Assembly: GCA_031549365.1 (NCBI GenBank)
Contig: JAVBPX010000001.1
Coordinates: 64,001-128,000, forward strand
Length of the DNA: 64,000 nucleotides
DNA from: Alphaproteobacteria bacterium
GTDB taxonomy: Bacteria > Pseudomonadota > Alphaproteobacteria > Rs-D84
Reading direction: 5' to 3'
Made by a program: the position numbers and the translations under genes. Below are positions 41,159 to 51,155 of this stretch, piece by piece. The first letter of the stretch is position 1; each line of letters opens with the position of its first letter. The notes under the pieces were generated by a model. That model made no database searches. It was given only the letters and a program-made list of their open reading frames with translations, and had not been told where the DNA came from.

Positions 41159-41956
41159 ATGGTAAAAAAACTAAAAGCCCCCTCGGCTCCGTCAAAATCC
41201 GTCGCCACAAAACAATCGAAAACCCAAAAACGCAGTTTGTGCTCTTGGTTTATGAGCCCACGCGAACATTTGGATCGCCTCAGCTATATCGCCATTTCAT
41301 TAAACTTATTGTTGCACGCGATTATTGCAGGAATCGGATTGCACTATTTTCATAAAAAAATCATGATGGCCTGGACAATTACCGGCCAAATGGTTCCATT
41401 GAAATTAATCTTATCACCTGCTGAACGCATTGTTTTGACAGTATTTGGAATCTATATGCTGTGGATTATCGTAATGTCTGTATTTACGATTATTAAACGT
41501 AGTCGCAAATTGGGACTGGCTGGCTGGACAATGTTATTTTCATTTCCATTCGGATTGCACACCCTGTCATTATCTGGATTCTTTTTGCCGGATTCGGACG
41601 AAAAAATGGCATTGGATTTGCGCATGAACTGGTTTAAAAAATTGGTAAATTGGGTTGCTTATTCAACACCAGGCCAAATGTTATCTGGCATTTTAATTAT
41701 GTTGTCTTCATGGATTGCGGCACCAATTATATTTGTATTTGATTTCTTGTTCTTTTGGCTGCCAGCATCATTGTTTGGCCGCGAAAAAGTTTCGAAATCA
41801 TTCAAAAATTATGCCCCTGTTATCGCAGTATTTAACATTTTGATGATTATCTTGTTGGTAATTGCAATCGCATTGGTGTACCGCGCATATTTAAATATGA
41901 CGCCAGGATCTGAATTAACAGTTTCTGAAACAATTTCTGCAACTGTAACAAAATAA
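41159..41956 (+). CDS. Multi-pass membrane protein (DUF805-like region)
   Basis: Several TMs; IKRSRKLGLAGW resembles the DUF805 motif. Confidence 0.6.
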   Translation: MVKKLKAPSAPSKSVATKQSKTQKRSLCSWFMSPREHLDRLSYIAISLNLLLHAIIAGIGLHYFHKKIMMAWTITGQMVPLKLILSPAERIVLTVFGIYMLWIIVMSVFTIIKRSRKLGLAGWTMLFSFPFGLHTLSLSGFFLPDSDEKMALDLRMNWFKKLVNWVAYSTPGQMLSGILIMLSSWIAAPIIFVFDFLFFWLPASLFGREKVSKSFKNYAPVIAVFNILMIILLVIAIALVYRAYLNMTPGSELTVSETISATVTK

Positions 41957-41959
41957 TTA

Positions 41960-43009
41960 ATGGGGACGACAATGTCAAAATTTCTATCTATTGTATTTGG
42001 AATACTTGGTGTTGTCGTCCTGTTATCCTTGGGACAGTCTGTAATTGTTCCATTTTTGGTCGCAATATTTGGCTGGTATTTAATTAATGCTCTGGCTACA
42101 TATTACGCCATGGTTATGCCACGCCCGAAATCAAAATGGACAAAAATATTTTCATTACTTTTTTCAATTGCAACCACCATTGGATTGGTCTGGTTGTTTG
42201 TAATTGAAATGACTCCAAACATCCATTTATTTATGGAAAGATGGCCTCAAATCCAATCAAAATTAATTATATTTTTACGCCAACTATTGGAACCTGTTGG
42301 AATTACAATATCAACATCTGCGATGAATATGGAATTTAATGAAATTGCTATGGCATTTCGTTCATCCCTGGCGGGATTATTTACATCCATGGGGTTAATA
42401 TTGGTGTATATATTCTTTATGTTTATTGAACAAGGAACTTTTGTTAATAAAATTCGTGCTCTTTTCTCTGAAAACAATCAGCACAAAAAAATCCTGCGAA
42501 TATTTCGTGACATCGACCATAATATGAAAAAATATTTATTTATCAGAACTGTAATGTCATCCATGATGGGTGTGTCATCTTATTTATGGATGTCCTACTT
42601 TAATTTGGAATTGGCTGGTTTTTGGGCATTTTTAATATTCGTATTAATGTATATTCCAACATTTGGATCAATTCTGGCATGTGCATTGCCTATACTTTAT
42701 TCATTGTTATTCTTTCGCGATATATCGGACACCATTACAATGGGACTTGGGATCGCAGCATTACAAATTGTTATCGGAAATATATTGGAACCAAAATTGA
42801 CCGGACAGACTTTGAATTTATCCACTTTGGCCATATTGGTAAACTTGGTATTCTGGGGAATTTTATGGGGACCCGTTGGAATGTTTTTCAGTGTCCCATT
42901 GTTGGTCGCAATATTGGTTGTAACATCACAATTTGATTCGATGCGTCCATTTGCAATTTTATTGTCCGCGAACGGAATAATCCCAGACAAGGAAGAAGAC
43001 GATAATTAA
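41960..43009 (+). CDS. AI-2E family transporter
   Basis: YIPTFGS, GNILEP...G, FWG.LWG..GMF.SVP. Confidence 0.9.
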   Translation: MGTTMSKFLSIVFGILGVVVLLSLGQSVIVPFLVAIFGWYLINALATYYAMVMPRPKSKWTKIFSLLFSIATTIGLVWLFVIEMTPNIHLFMERWPQIQSKLIIFLRQLLEPVGITISTSAMNMEFNEIAMAFRSSLAGLFTSMGLILVYIFFMFIEQGTFVNKIRALFSENNQHKKILRIFRDIDHNMKKYLFIRTVMSSMMGVSSYLWMSYFNLELAGFWAFLIFVLMYIPTFGSILACALPILYSLLFFRDISDTITMGLGIAALQIVIGNILEPKLTGQTLNLSTLAILVNLVFWGILWGPVGMFFSVPLLVAILVVTSQFDSMRPFAILLSANGIIPDKEEDDN

Positions 43010-43038
43010 AAATAAACCAGAAACAAAATTTAAAAACT

Positions 43039-43059
43039 TGGGGCCCAATTTGGGCCCCA
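43039..43059. terminator. Bidirectional terminator
   Basis: TGGGGCCCAA-T-TTGGGCCCCA between convergent genes. Confidence 0.7.
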
Positions 43060-43063
43060 CTTT

Positions 43064-43645
43064 TTATTTAACTGATTTTATTTTCTTTGTTGCTTCTATT
43101 GTATATGTGACTGCGGACCAAATTGATAAAATCATTGCGATCCATAAACATAACATTGAAGCATAAAACACCAATTCCATAAATTTCGAATAAATGTATG
43201 GTGTACGAACCAAGGCTAAAAACAAATACAGACCGCTAATTGAAATAAATTGTGTGGCTGCTTTGATTTTACCAATTGAAAATCTTGGCTTTGGCACAGG
43301 CAATGAAATTTTCATTGATCCCAACCATTCGCGTAACCCAGATACATATAATTCACGCAAAATCATTAATATTGATGGTATCACACATGCCCATGCGCCC
43401 CACACAACCATCAATAACATTAATGCGATTGCCACCAAAAATTTATCACCCATGTGATCCATTACGCCGCCAAATTTGCTCTCCACTTTGTATTTTCTGG
43501 CCAAATACCCGTCAAAAAAATCCGTTGCTGCTGCGATTGAAAAAACAATAAACGCCGCACCAAACATTTGATTCATTGCCAATGGAATCAATGTAAAAGC
43601 ACCAATAATTCGAAATATAGTTAAAGCGTTAACAAATGTTTTCAT
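43064..43645 (-). CDS. pgsA: CDP-diacylglycerol--glycerol-3-phosphate 3-phosphatidyltransferase
   Basis: N.LT..R, TDFFDGYLARK...S.FG..MD..GDK; downstream of uvrC. Confidence 0.9.
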   Translation of the reverse strand: MKTFVNALTIFRIIGAFTLIPLAMNQMFGAAFIVFSIAAATDFFDGYLARKYKVESKFGGVMDHMGDKFLVAIALMLLMVVWGAWACVIPSILMILRELYVSGLREWLGSMKISLPVPKPRFSIGKIKAATQFISISGLYLFLALVRTPYIYSKFMELVFYASMLCLWIAMILSIWSAVTYTIEATKKIKSVK

Positions 43646-43671
43646 TTAAAACTCCCTTTTGTTTATAATAT

Positions 43672-45471
43672 TTACCCTAGCGCGTCTTTGTGAAAAAATC
43701 TATATATTTTTTCAGCCGTTGATTTTGAAATACCATCAACCTTGGTCAAATTTTCGATTGAAGCGTCAATTATCCCGTTAACACTGCCGAAATATGCCAA
43801 TAATGCTTTTTTGCGCGTGCCGCCAATCCCCTCGATTGCGTCCAGCGCGGACCCAACCGCAGATTTTGCCCGTTGTTTTCGGTGAAATGATATTGCGAAT
43901 CGATGTGCTTCATCACGAACCGCACCCATTAAATTAAACAACTTGGTGTCCTTTTCAATTTTAACCTCTGACCCATCTGGCATTATGAAATGTTCATCGC
44001 CGGATCGAACCACACCCTTGACCACGCCCAATGTTGGAATATCCAAGCCAATTTCATTTTGAACCGATTTTGCAACATTCCATTGTGCGCGACCACCGTC
44101 AACAATAATTAAGCTCGGGATTGTTCCTTGTACTTCCGCTTTGGAATAACGTCGTAATAAAAATTCATGCATCATGCCGATGTCATTGCCGGCCATGGCT
44201 AAATCCTCCAATTTAAAATGGCGATATTCTTTTTTGTTAAAACCGTCCGCGCCAAATACAATCATGGACCCAACAGGATGTTTTCCAAACAAATGCGAAT
44301 TATCAAAAACATCAACCCTATTAATTTCAATACCCAACCAATTTTTTAAATCATTAATTGGCTCATCCCATTTTTTTATATTGTTTACAGAAAACCTCCG
44401 CGAGGATAACATTTGTTGTTCAATTTGATCGATTGCCCCCTTGTCTGATCCGTGCGCCATATTAATGTTAATTTTTCGTCCAAATTTTTCACGTAAAACT
44501 TTGGCCACATTTTCAGATATTTGAATTGATGTAACAATATTGATGTTATCTGTACAATCATTGTAAAACCATAATATGCTGGATTCCAGAATTTCCGAAT
44601 TTGTCATATCATCCGTGTGTTTTGGATAAATTGTTTGTGCGGAAATAATTTGACCATTGCGTTGCCTAGTAATCCCAACAATTGGTTGCGCCCCATCAAA
44701 CACACCAACAAAATAATCAACATTTCGGGTATCATGCTTGCCTTGTTTCACAGTTGTTGATATGGCTTGGATTTGATCTCTGAAACGCGTTGCGCTTTCG
44801 TAATCCATTTTATTTGATGCCGCCGCCATCTTAACTGATAATTCGCGAATCAAATCATCCGATTTCCCGGATAATACAGAACGTGCAAATTCAACATTTT
44901 TAATATATTCACCATGCGAAATTTTATCGCAACATGGACCAGAACACCGACCAATTTGATACAACAGACATGGCCTCACACGGTTTTTAAACATAGCATT
45001 GGAACAAGTCCGTAATAAACAAACCCTCTGAATTAACTTGACTGTTTCATTTAATGCGCCAACTGATGGGTACGGCCCAAACACATCACGTTTTGCTGTA
45101 ATTTTTCCACGAAATTTAATCAAGCGCGGAAAATTATCATCACTGATGTTCATCAATGGATACATTTTATCATCAGTTAATAAAATATTATATTTTGGGG
45201 CCCTATTTTTTATCAAATCAGATTCTAATATCAAAGCCTCGGTCTCGGTCTTGGTTGTTAAAATATCAACCTTATCAATCTGCAAAACCATTTGCCCAAT
45301 ACGTGCCGACACCTTGGATAAATCAGTATACTGATTTAAACGCTTTTTTAAATTCTTGGCCTTGCCTACATATAACAGTTTTGATTCATGATCAAACATC
45401 TGATAAACCCCTGGGGTTTCCGGGGCATTTTCGATTAAAATTTTTAATTTTTCTACTTTCATTATTTGCAA
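43672..45471 (-). CDS. uvrC: Excinuclease ABC subunit C
   Basis: PGVY...YVGKAKNL, FGPY, FDNSH, VDGG.AQ, RDEAHRFAI, HhH motifs. Confidence 0.97.
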   Translation of the reverse strand: MQIMKVEKLKILIENAPETPGVYQMFDHESKLLYVGKAKNLKKRLNQYTDLSKVSARIGQMVLQIDKVDILTTKTETEALILESDLIKNRAPKYNILLTDDKMYPLMNISDDNFPRLIKFRGKITAKRDVFGPYPSVGALNETVKLIQRVCLLRTCSNAMFKNRVRPCLLYQIGRCSGPCCDKISHGEYIKNVEFARSVLSGKSDDLIRELSVKMAAASNKMDYESATRFRDQIQAISTTVKQGKHDTRNVDYFVGVFDGAQPIVGITRQRNGQIISAQTIYPKHTDDMTNSEILESSILWFYNDCTDNINIVTSIQISENVAKVLREKFGRKININMAHGSDKGAIDQIEQQMLSSRRFSVNNIKKWDEPINDLKNWLGIEINRVDVFDNSHLFGKHPVGSMIVFGADGFNKKEYRHFKLEDLAMAGNDIGMMHEFLLRRYSKAEVQGTIPSLIIVDGGRAQWNVAKSVQNEIGLDIPTLGVVKGVVRSGDEHFIMPDGSEVKIEKDTKLFNLMGAVRDEAHRFAISFHRKQRAKSAVGSALDAIEGIGGTRKKALLAYFGSVNGIIDASIENLTKVDGISKSTAEKIYRFFHKDALG

Positions 45472-45529
45472 ACACCACTATTTTATGATATAATAGCGTC
45501 GCAAACATAAAAAAACAAGGGAGTGTTTC

Positions 45530-46006
45530 ATGTTAATTAAAAAATCCGAATCTGGACGTTCCATGATTGAAATGTTGGGTGTTTTGGCAATTATGGGCGT
45601 TTTGACTATCGGCGCCATCCAATTGGTATCATACGCCATGGCGACCCAGAAAAAAGGCACGGTTGAAACCGAAATTGTCCAAATATACCAAGGCGTTCGC
45701 AATATTTTCAGCGCAGCCGAAGATTATTCTGCCCTGGATAACGGCGTATTCGGAGCAATGGGTATTTCACAAAAAAATCCGTATGGCGGAACATATTCTG
45801 TATCGGCTGATGTTTCCAATCCACGCCAATTCACGGTTCATATTAATGGATTGCCAAAATCGGATTGCGAATACTTTAAACTGAAACGCTGGACAGAATC
45901 TGTTGAATATATCAACAGCAACGGCCAACGTGGCGGCGCCGTTGCAACCCCAGCGGATTGCTCGGACCGTGCTGGAAATAATACAGTATCAATTACTTAT
46001 TTCTAA
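45530..46006 (+). CDS. Type IV prepilin with PilS-like globular domain
   Basis: KSESG|RSMIEMLGVLAIMGVL class III signal (E at +5), NPYGG, GLP..DC, C-terminal Cys pair. Confidence 0.85.
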   Translation: MLIKKSESGRSMIEMLGVLAIMGVLTIGAIQLVSYAMATQKKGTVETEIVQIYQGVRNIFSAAEDYSALDNGVFGAMGISQKNPYGGTYSVSADVSNPRQFTVHINGLPKSDCEYFKLKRWTESVEYINSNGQRGGAVATPADCSDRAGNNTVSITYF

Positions 46007-46024
46007 ACCACGAAAATCAAACTT

Positions 46025-46047
46025 GGGGCCGATTGGCCCCTTTTTTT
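46025..46047 (+). terminator. Intrinsic terminator after the pilin gene
   Basis: GGGGCC-GATT-GGCCCC followed by a T run. Confidence 0.75.
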
Positions 46048-46132
46048 AATTGCCTTTTTATGTTGCCCAGGCTTTTATTCTTGACAAAACATTTATTTAA
46101 TATACAATTACCGTAACCAAAAGGCATAAACC

Positions 46133-46795
46133 ATGATTAAACCAGATTGCTTTGATTGTCCGATATCGCCGGGATGCCTGCCATCAACCGCAATGATTTG
46201 CGATGATAAACTGAAAAAAATAATGTTTTCTAACCACGGGGAAAATTGGCTTTGGCTGGTATTGTATCCGCAATTGTCATTTTTAATTTTATCCGCAGAG
46301 ATCACAATGAACCCTCGAATTTTGGGCAATACAGAAACAACCAAAGGCAATCCATATAATCATATCCAAAATTTCATCAAATCATTGGAATTGATGAAAA
46401 ATCAATTTTCATTTATGTCGGCAACATCAGACTTAATAACATATTATGAACTGATTTTAAAATCAACACGGAACAATAAATTATTGCGCGACGATTTTGA
46501 ATATATGGAATTATGCGGACATTATACTGGGAAATGGTCCCAACCCGACAATATAAAAAATATGCACTATGTTACTATAAATAAAATCTTGTTGGATCTA
46601 TCATCCAGTTTCAGCCGTCCTACAAAATTCACCGTGGATAAAAAAACGTACGATCGCCCTGCTTTGTCTGCAAATGACATTAAAAACTTTGAACTTTTTA
46701 CGCAAATCACATCTGAAAGATTTCGTGAATTATCCGAAAACTTTCAAAAAGCATCCATCGGCATATATGACTTTGACGACGACCAAGGGAGATAG
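46133..46795 (+). CDS. Hypothetical protein, tandem paralog 1
   Basis: Shares AE.TMNP and N.HY motifs with the next two ORFs; TTGACA promoter at 46081. Confidence 0.75.
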   Translation: MIKPDCFDCPISPGCLPSTAMICDDKLKKIMFSNHGENWLWLVLYPQLSFLILSAEITMNPRILGNTETTKGNPYNHIQNFIKSLELMKNQFSFMSATSDLITYYELILKSTRNNKLLRDDFEYMELCGHYTGKWSQPDNIKNMHYVTINKILLDLSSSFSRPTKFTVDKKTYDRPALSANDIKNFELFTQITSERFRELSENFQKASIGIYDFDDDQGR

Positions 46796-46806
46796 AGGAC
46801 AAAAAA

Positions 46807-47373
46807 ATGCAAACAAAAACAATTGCAACAAATTTTCCATATCCTTGTTCGGACGAAATGAAAAATGCTATGGAACAATTTCCAAAATCTCTCTATTGGA
46901 CCGAAAGCGTATTTCATTTCATATACGAAAATATTAAATTCGCAGAACTGACAATGAACCCAAAATATATTCATTCAAATAATTCTGATCCAACTCTTCG
47001 ATTCCGCGCATATTATACAAATGTGATGGACGTTATGCGCAGCCTGAATTTAATCCACTATATGGAATTCCCCGAAGTTAAAAATCATTACGATAAAATT
47101 TTGAACGCACTGCGTCCTCGGATTGAAATTGATGACATATTGGATTTATTTGAATTCTGTCGATACGATTTGGCCACATGTACCCCAACCCGAAACAATA
47201 TCCACTATGTTGCTATTATGAAAGTACTCCGTGAATGGAAAGACTCTGCAAACGGCAAACCATCTGTCATTATTGAAAAAATTGGACCAACCGCATCTGG
47301 CATTGCCTATAATAATTTCATAGATTTCACTAATGCTACAATCAAACACGTGCGCAATGAAAAATTAAAATGA
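46807..47373 (+). CDS. Hypothetical protein, tandem paralog 2
   Basis: AELTMNP, FPE...HY, DILDL.E..YDL, NIHY. Confidence 0.75.
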   Translation: MQTKTIATNFPYPCSDEMKNAMEQFPKSLYWTESVFHFIYENIKFAELTMNPKYIHSNNSDPTLRFRAYYTNVMDVMRSLNLIHYMEFPEVKNHYDKILNALRPRIEIDDILDLFEFCRYDLATCTPTRNNIHYVAIMKVLREWKDSANGKPSVIIEKIGPTASGIAYNNFIDFTNATIKHVRNEKLK

Positions 47374-47942
47374 TGTACGAAGATATAATTCATATTGATT
47401 TATACACCGAACTACCCTGTCCAATGCGAGGATGGTGCCACGGACAAAATCAAGATATTATTAATTTTTTTAAAAAACATAAATTTTCACACAACGATTA
47501 TAAAAAAATCCATGCGATTTATAATCATATAATGTGTGCAGAATATTGGCTGGCGCCGCATTTGGTTCATAAAAAATTTCAAGATCCGGTACGCCGATAT
47601 CATTATTACCGGGATTCTGTCATGTCCATAATTAAACAAACAACGGACATTTGGGATGCTCCGTTCCCAGAATTAAATAAACATTATAAATCATTTATTA
47701 AAAACAAATATAACGGCTGTATATATGATTTGGATATTTTGGATTTACTAGAACAAAATTACTATGATTTAAAAACATTGTCCCCTTCATTACAAAACAT
47801 TCATTATCAAATAGCTAGTTCGATAATAGAATTGGCAAAACAAGAAACAAAATTTTCGGCCTCGCAAATTGCACTGCCATCACTGTTATTACAATTTAAA
47901 AATATATTAATCTCAAATATTAAACGCGACAAATTCAAATAA
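47370..47942 (+). CDS. Hypothetical protein, tandem paralog 3
   Basis: AEYWLAP, FPE...HY, DILDLLE..YDL, NIHY; ATGA overlap with paralog 2. Confidence 0.75.
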   Translation: MMYEDIIHIDLYTELPCPMRGWCHGQNQDIINFFKKHKFSHNDYKKIHAIYNHIMCAEYWLAPHLVHKKFQDPVRRYHYYRDSVMSIIKQTTDIWDAPFPELNKHYKSFIKNKYNGCIYDLDILDLLEQNYYDLKTLSPSLQNIHYQIASSIIELAKQETKFSASQIALPSLLLQFKNILISNIKRDKFK

Positions 47943-47944
47943 TA

Positions 47945-48904
47945 TTATTTATACCGATTATTTGATGACATCACATCAACATTTTTATTCTTGTATAATT
48001 CAACCATTTTATCACGAGCAACAGACAAATAAGTACGCGGATCAAATACATCTGGTTGTTCGGATAATACTTTCCTTATCCCTGCTGTAAAAGCCAACCT
48101 GGAATCAGAATCAACATTTATTTTGCAAATATTTTTTTGAACAGCCAAACGCAATTCAGATTCTGGCACACCATGGGCATTAATTAATCTTCCGCCAAAT
48201 TTATTAATTTCATCAATCAAATATTCCGGCACGGACGAAGCTCCGTGTAATACCAGCGGAAAATTCGGTAATTTTTTTGCAATCTCATCCAAAATATCCA
48301 AACGCAGTTTCGCATTTTCATTTTTAAATTTATACGCCCCATGCGATGTCCCGATTGATATAGCCAAACTGTCGACACCCGTTAATTCTACAAATTTAAC
48401 AACATCATCCGGGTTTGTATACATTGATTTATCGGATTCAATATCTTCCTCTATTCCGCCCAATATTCCCAATTCGCCTTCAACTGAAACATCAAATTTT
48501 TTTGCATATTCAACAACGCGCTTTGTTAATGCAATATTTTCATCAAATGGTAAATCGGAACCATCAATCATAACTGATGAAAAGCCAGAATCAATGGCGT
48601 CAACACATGATTCAAAACTGTTGCCATGATCCAAATGTAGTGCTATCGGGAAACGCCCGCCCATTTCACGCGCATATTCGGTCGCGCCCATCGCCAAATG
48701 TTTTAATAATGTTGATCCCATATACTTTCTAGCGCCCCGGGAAACCTGTAAAATCACGGGGGAACCTGTTTCCGCGCATGCTAAAATTATTGCCTGTAAT
48801 TGTTCCAAATTATTGAAATTGTACGCCGGCACAGCATATTTATTATCATATGCATGTCTAAACATTTCGCGTGTATTTACCAAACCCAAATCTTGATATT
48901 TCAT
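47945..48904 (-). CDS. fba: Class II fructose-1,6-bisphosphate aldolase
   Basis: ALHLDHG, GFSSVMIDGS, VEGELG, GTSHGAYK, VLHGASS, KINVD. Confidence 0.95.
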   Translation of the reverse strand: MKYQDLGLVNTREMFRHAYDNKYAVPAYNFNNLEQLQAIILACAETGSPVILQVSRGARKYMGSTLLKHLAMGATEYAREMGGRFPIALHLDHGNSFESCVDAIDSGFSSVMIDGSDLPFDENIALTKRVVEYAKKFDVSVEGELGILGGIEEDIESDKSMYTNPDDVVKFVELTGVDSLAISIGTSHGAYKFKNENAKLRLDILDEIAKKLPNFPLVLHGASSVPEYLIDEINKFGGRLINAHGVPESELRLAVQKNICKINVDSDSRLAFTAGIRKVLSEQPDVFDPRTYLSVARDKMVELYKNKNVDVMSSNNRYK

Positions 48905-49007
48905 TAGCTCACCTTTGTAGTTGCATTATAGCATAAAAAGACGTGGATTCGAAAATAAATTGAAATACGTCCCTCAAATTACGAGTCCAATAATTTTGTT
49001 AAAAAAT

Positions 49008-49039
49008 CATCCGGGAAAATCAACGATTTCCTCCGGATG
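49008..49039. repeat. CATCCGGGA...TCCGGATG hairpin repeat
   Basis: Differs from 422-453 at 2 of 32 positions. Confidence 0.8.
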
Positions 49040-49075
49040 CAGTAACAGAATATTAAATAATACAAAGAATAAAAT

Positions 49076-51055
49076 TTACACAAATACGTCTTTTACAAAT
49101 TTGGCATGTTCTGTAATAAATTTGAAACGGAACTCTGGTTTTTTCCCCATTAATTCAGCAACTAAAACCCGGGTTTTTTCGGCATCTTCTGCCCCCTCTT
49201 CGGTTTTTTCGGGCAATTCAACACGAATTAAACGACGTGTCCGCGGATCCATTGTCGTTTCTTTTAATTGGTTCGCCATCATTTCACCCAATCCTTTGAA
49301 TCGTGAAATTTCGACTTTTTTATTTTTTAATTTTCCGTTTAATAACTCATCCAATTCTTCGTCGGACGCAACATAAATACTTTCGGTTCCAACCGTTACC
49401 TTGAACAAAGGCGGGCAAGACAAATATAAATGCCCGTTTTGGATTAATCCCGGCATTTGTTGATAGAAAAATGTCATCAACAACGAAGCAATGTGCGATC
49501 CGTCAACGTCAGCGTCGGTCATAATAATTACTTTTTCATAGCGTAATTTTTCATCATCATAATTGCGTAGAGAGCCTGCTCCCAAAGCTTCAATTAAATC
49601 ATTCAATTCTTTGTTTGCTTCGAACTTTTCATTTGAATGCGTCGCAACATTTAAAATTTTTCCGCGCAATGGTAAAATCGCTTGGGTTTCTCTGGAACGC
49701 GCTTGTTTAGCCGTACCGCCCGCGGAATCGCCTTCGACTATGAATAATTCAGTGCCGATCACACCATGCTTTGAACAGTCTGCCAATTTACCCGGTAAAC
49801 GCACGCGCTTGGTCGGAGTTTTACGCGCAACATCTTTGACTTTTTTTGTTTTAATACGCGCATCGGACAACATAATAATGAAATCCAATAACGCATTCGC
49901 AGTCTTTGGATCTGATGCCAAAAATAAATCGAACGGATCCTTCATCGCATTTTCAACATAACGTGCAATTTCTGGATTTGATAATTTTTCCTTGGTCTGC
50001 CCTAAAAATTGTGGGGTTTTATAAAATACAGATAACAAAACAGTCGCAGAATCTAAAACATCCTCGGCCACGATTTGATTGGCGTGTTTATTGCTAATTT
50101 TTTCGCCATAATTTTTTAATCCCTTGACCAATGCAGAACGTAATCCCGATTCATGCGTTCCACCATCAATTGTTGAAATGGTATTGCAATACGAATTGAA
50201 AAATCCATCGTCTGACGCTGCCCCATTTTCATCCGTCAACCAAGATACCGCCCATTCTACATGCCCTAAATCATCTGGGAATTCGACGGACCCTGCAAAA
50301 ATTTTTGGCGTAATTGTTTGTTTTTTTGAAACTACTTGGCTTAAAAAATCCTCGACTCCGTTTTTAAAAAAGAACGTGGCACGATCCGGAATATTCATAT
50401 CCTCGGTTATTAAATCTGGATTGCAAATCCATTCAATTTTAACACCACGTGTTAAAAAAGCTTTGGCGCGCGCCAATCTATATAATTTAACTGGTTTAAA
50501 TACAGCCGCATCACCAAAAATTTGCTCATCCAATGTGAAACGCACCGCAGTTCCATGCCCCTTGGTCGGCGCACCCTGACTAATTTTTGAAACTGTTTTC
50601 CCGCGTGAAAATGTTTGAGTCCATGAATACCCATCCTTGATAACTGTCACAGTCGTATCGGATGATAATGCATTAACAACAGCAGCACCAACACCGTGCA
50701 ATCCGCCGGATGTTTTGTAAACATTGTTGTTAAATTTTCCGCCCGAATGCAATGATGTAAATATAATTTCCAGCGCGGATTTATCTGGGAACTTTGGATG
50801 CGGATCAATCGGAATACCACGACCATTGTCTGAAATTTCAACAGTTTTAGCATCAATTAATTTAAATGTGATTGTATCTGCGAATCCTGCCACAGCCTCG
50901 TCCACGGCATTGTCCAAAATTTCGACCGGCAAATGGTGCCAAGCTTTTTCATCAGTGCCGCCGATATACATTCCCGGGCGCAACCGAACAGGTTCCAGCC
51001 CTTCCAATACTTGAATGTCTGACGCAGAATAAGAATTATTAATTTTTTCACTCAT
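49076..51055 (-). CDS. parE: DNA topoisomerase IV subunit B
   Basis: [36 protein letters not shown]; shorter than gyrB, no insertion. Confidence 0.93.
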   Translation of the reverse strand: MSEKINNSYSASDIQVLEGLEPVRLRPGMYIGGTDEKAWHHLPVEILDNAVDEAVAGFADTITFKLIDAKTVEISDNGRGIPIDPHPKFPDKSALEIIFTSLHSGGKFNNNVYKTSGGLHGVGAAVVNALSSDTTVTVIKDGYSWTQTFSRGKTVSKISQGAPTKGHGTAVRFTLDEQIFGDAAVFKPVKLYRLARAKAFLTRGVKIEWICNPDLITEDMNIPDRATFFFKNGVEDFLSQVVSKKQTITPKIFAGSVEFPDDLGHVEWAVSWLTDENGAASDDGFFNSYCNTISTIDGGTHESGLRSALVKGLKNYGEKISNKHANQIVAEDVLDSATVLLSVFYKTPQFLGQTKEKLSNPEIARYVENAMKDPFDLFLASDPKTANALLDFIIMLSDARIKTKKVKDVARKTPTKRVRLPGKLADCSKHGVIGTELFIVEGDSAGGTAKQARSRETQAILPLRGKILNVATHSNEKFEANKELNDLIEALGAGSLRNYDDEKLRYEKVIIMTDADVDGSHIASLLMTFFYQQMPGLIQNGHLYLSCPPLFKVTVGTESIYVASDEELDELLNGKLKNKKVEISRFKGLGEMMANQLKETTMDPRTRRLIRVELPEKTEEGAEDAEKTRVLVAELMGKKPEFRFKFITEHAKFVKDVFV

Positions 51056-51155
51056 GCGCCCTATTATAAGGATTTCAATCGCGATTGCAAATTAAAAATG
51101 CCCCTTGACTTTAATCAATGCTAAACTATATACATAACAAAAAGGATTGTATTAA

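Noticed and set aside
51095-51130. CIRCE/HrcA operator upstream of dnaJ
   Set aside because: Only a partial right half (ATGCTAA); left half does not match TTAGCACTC.
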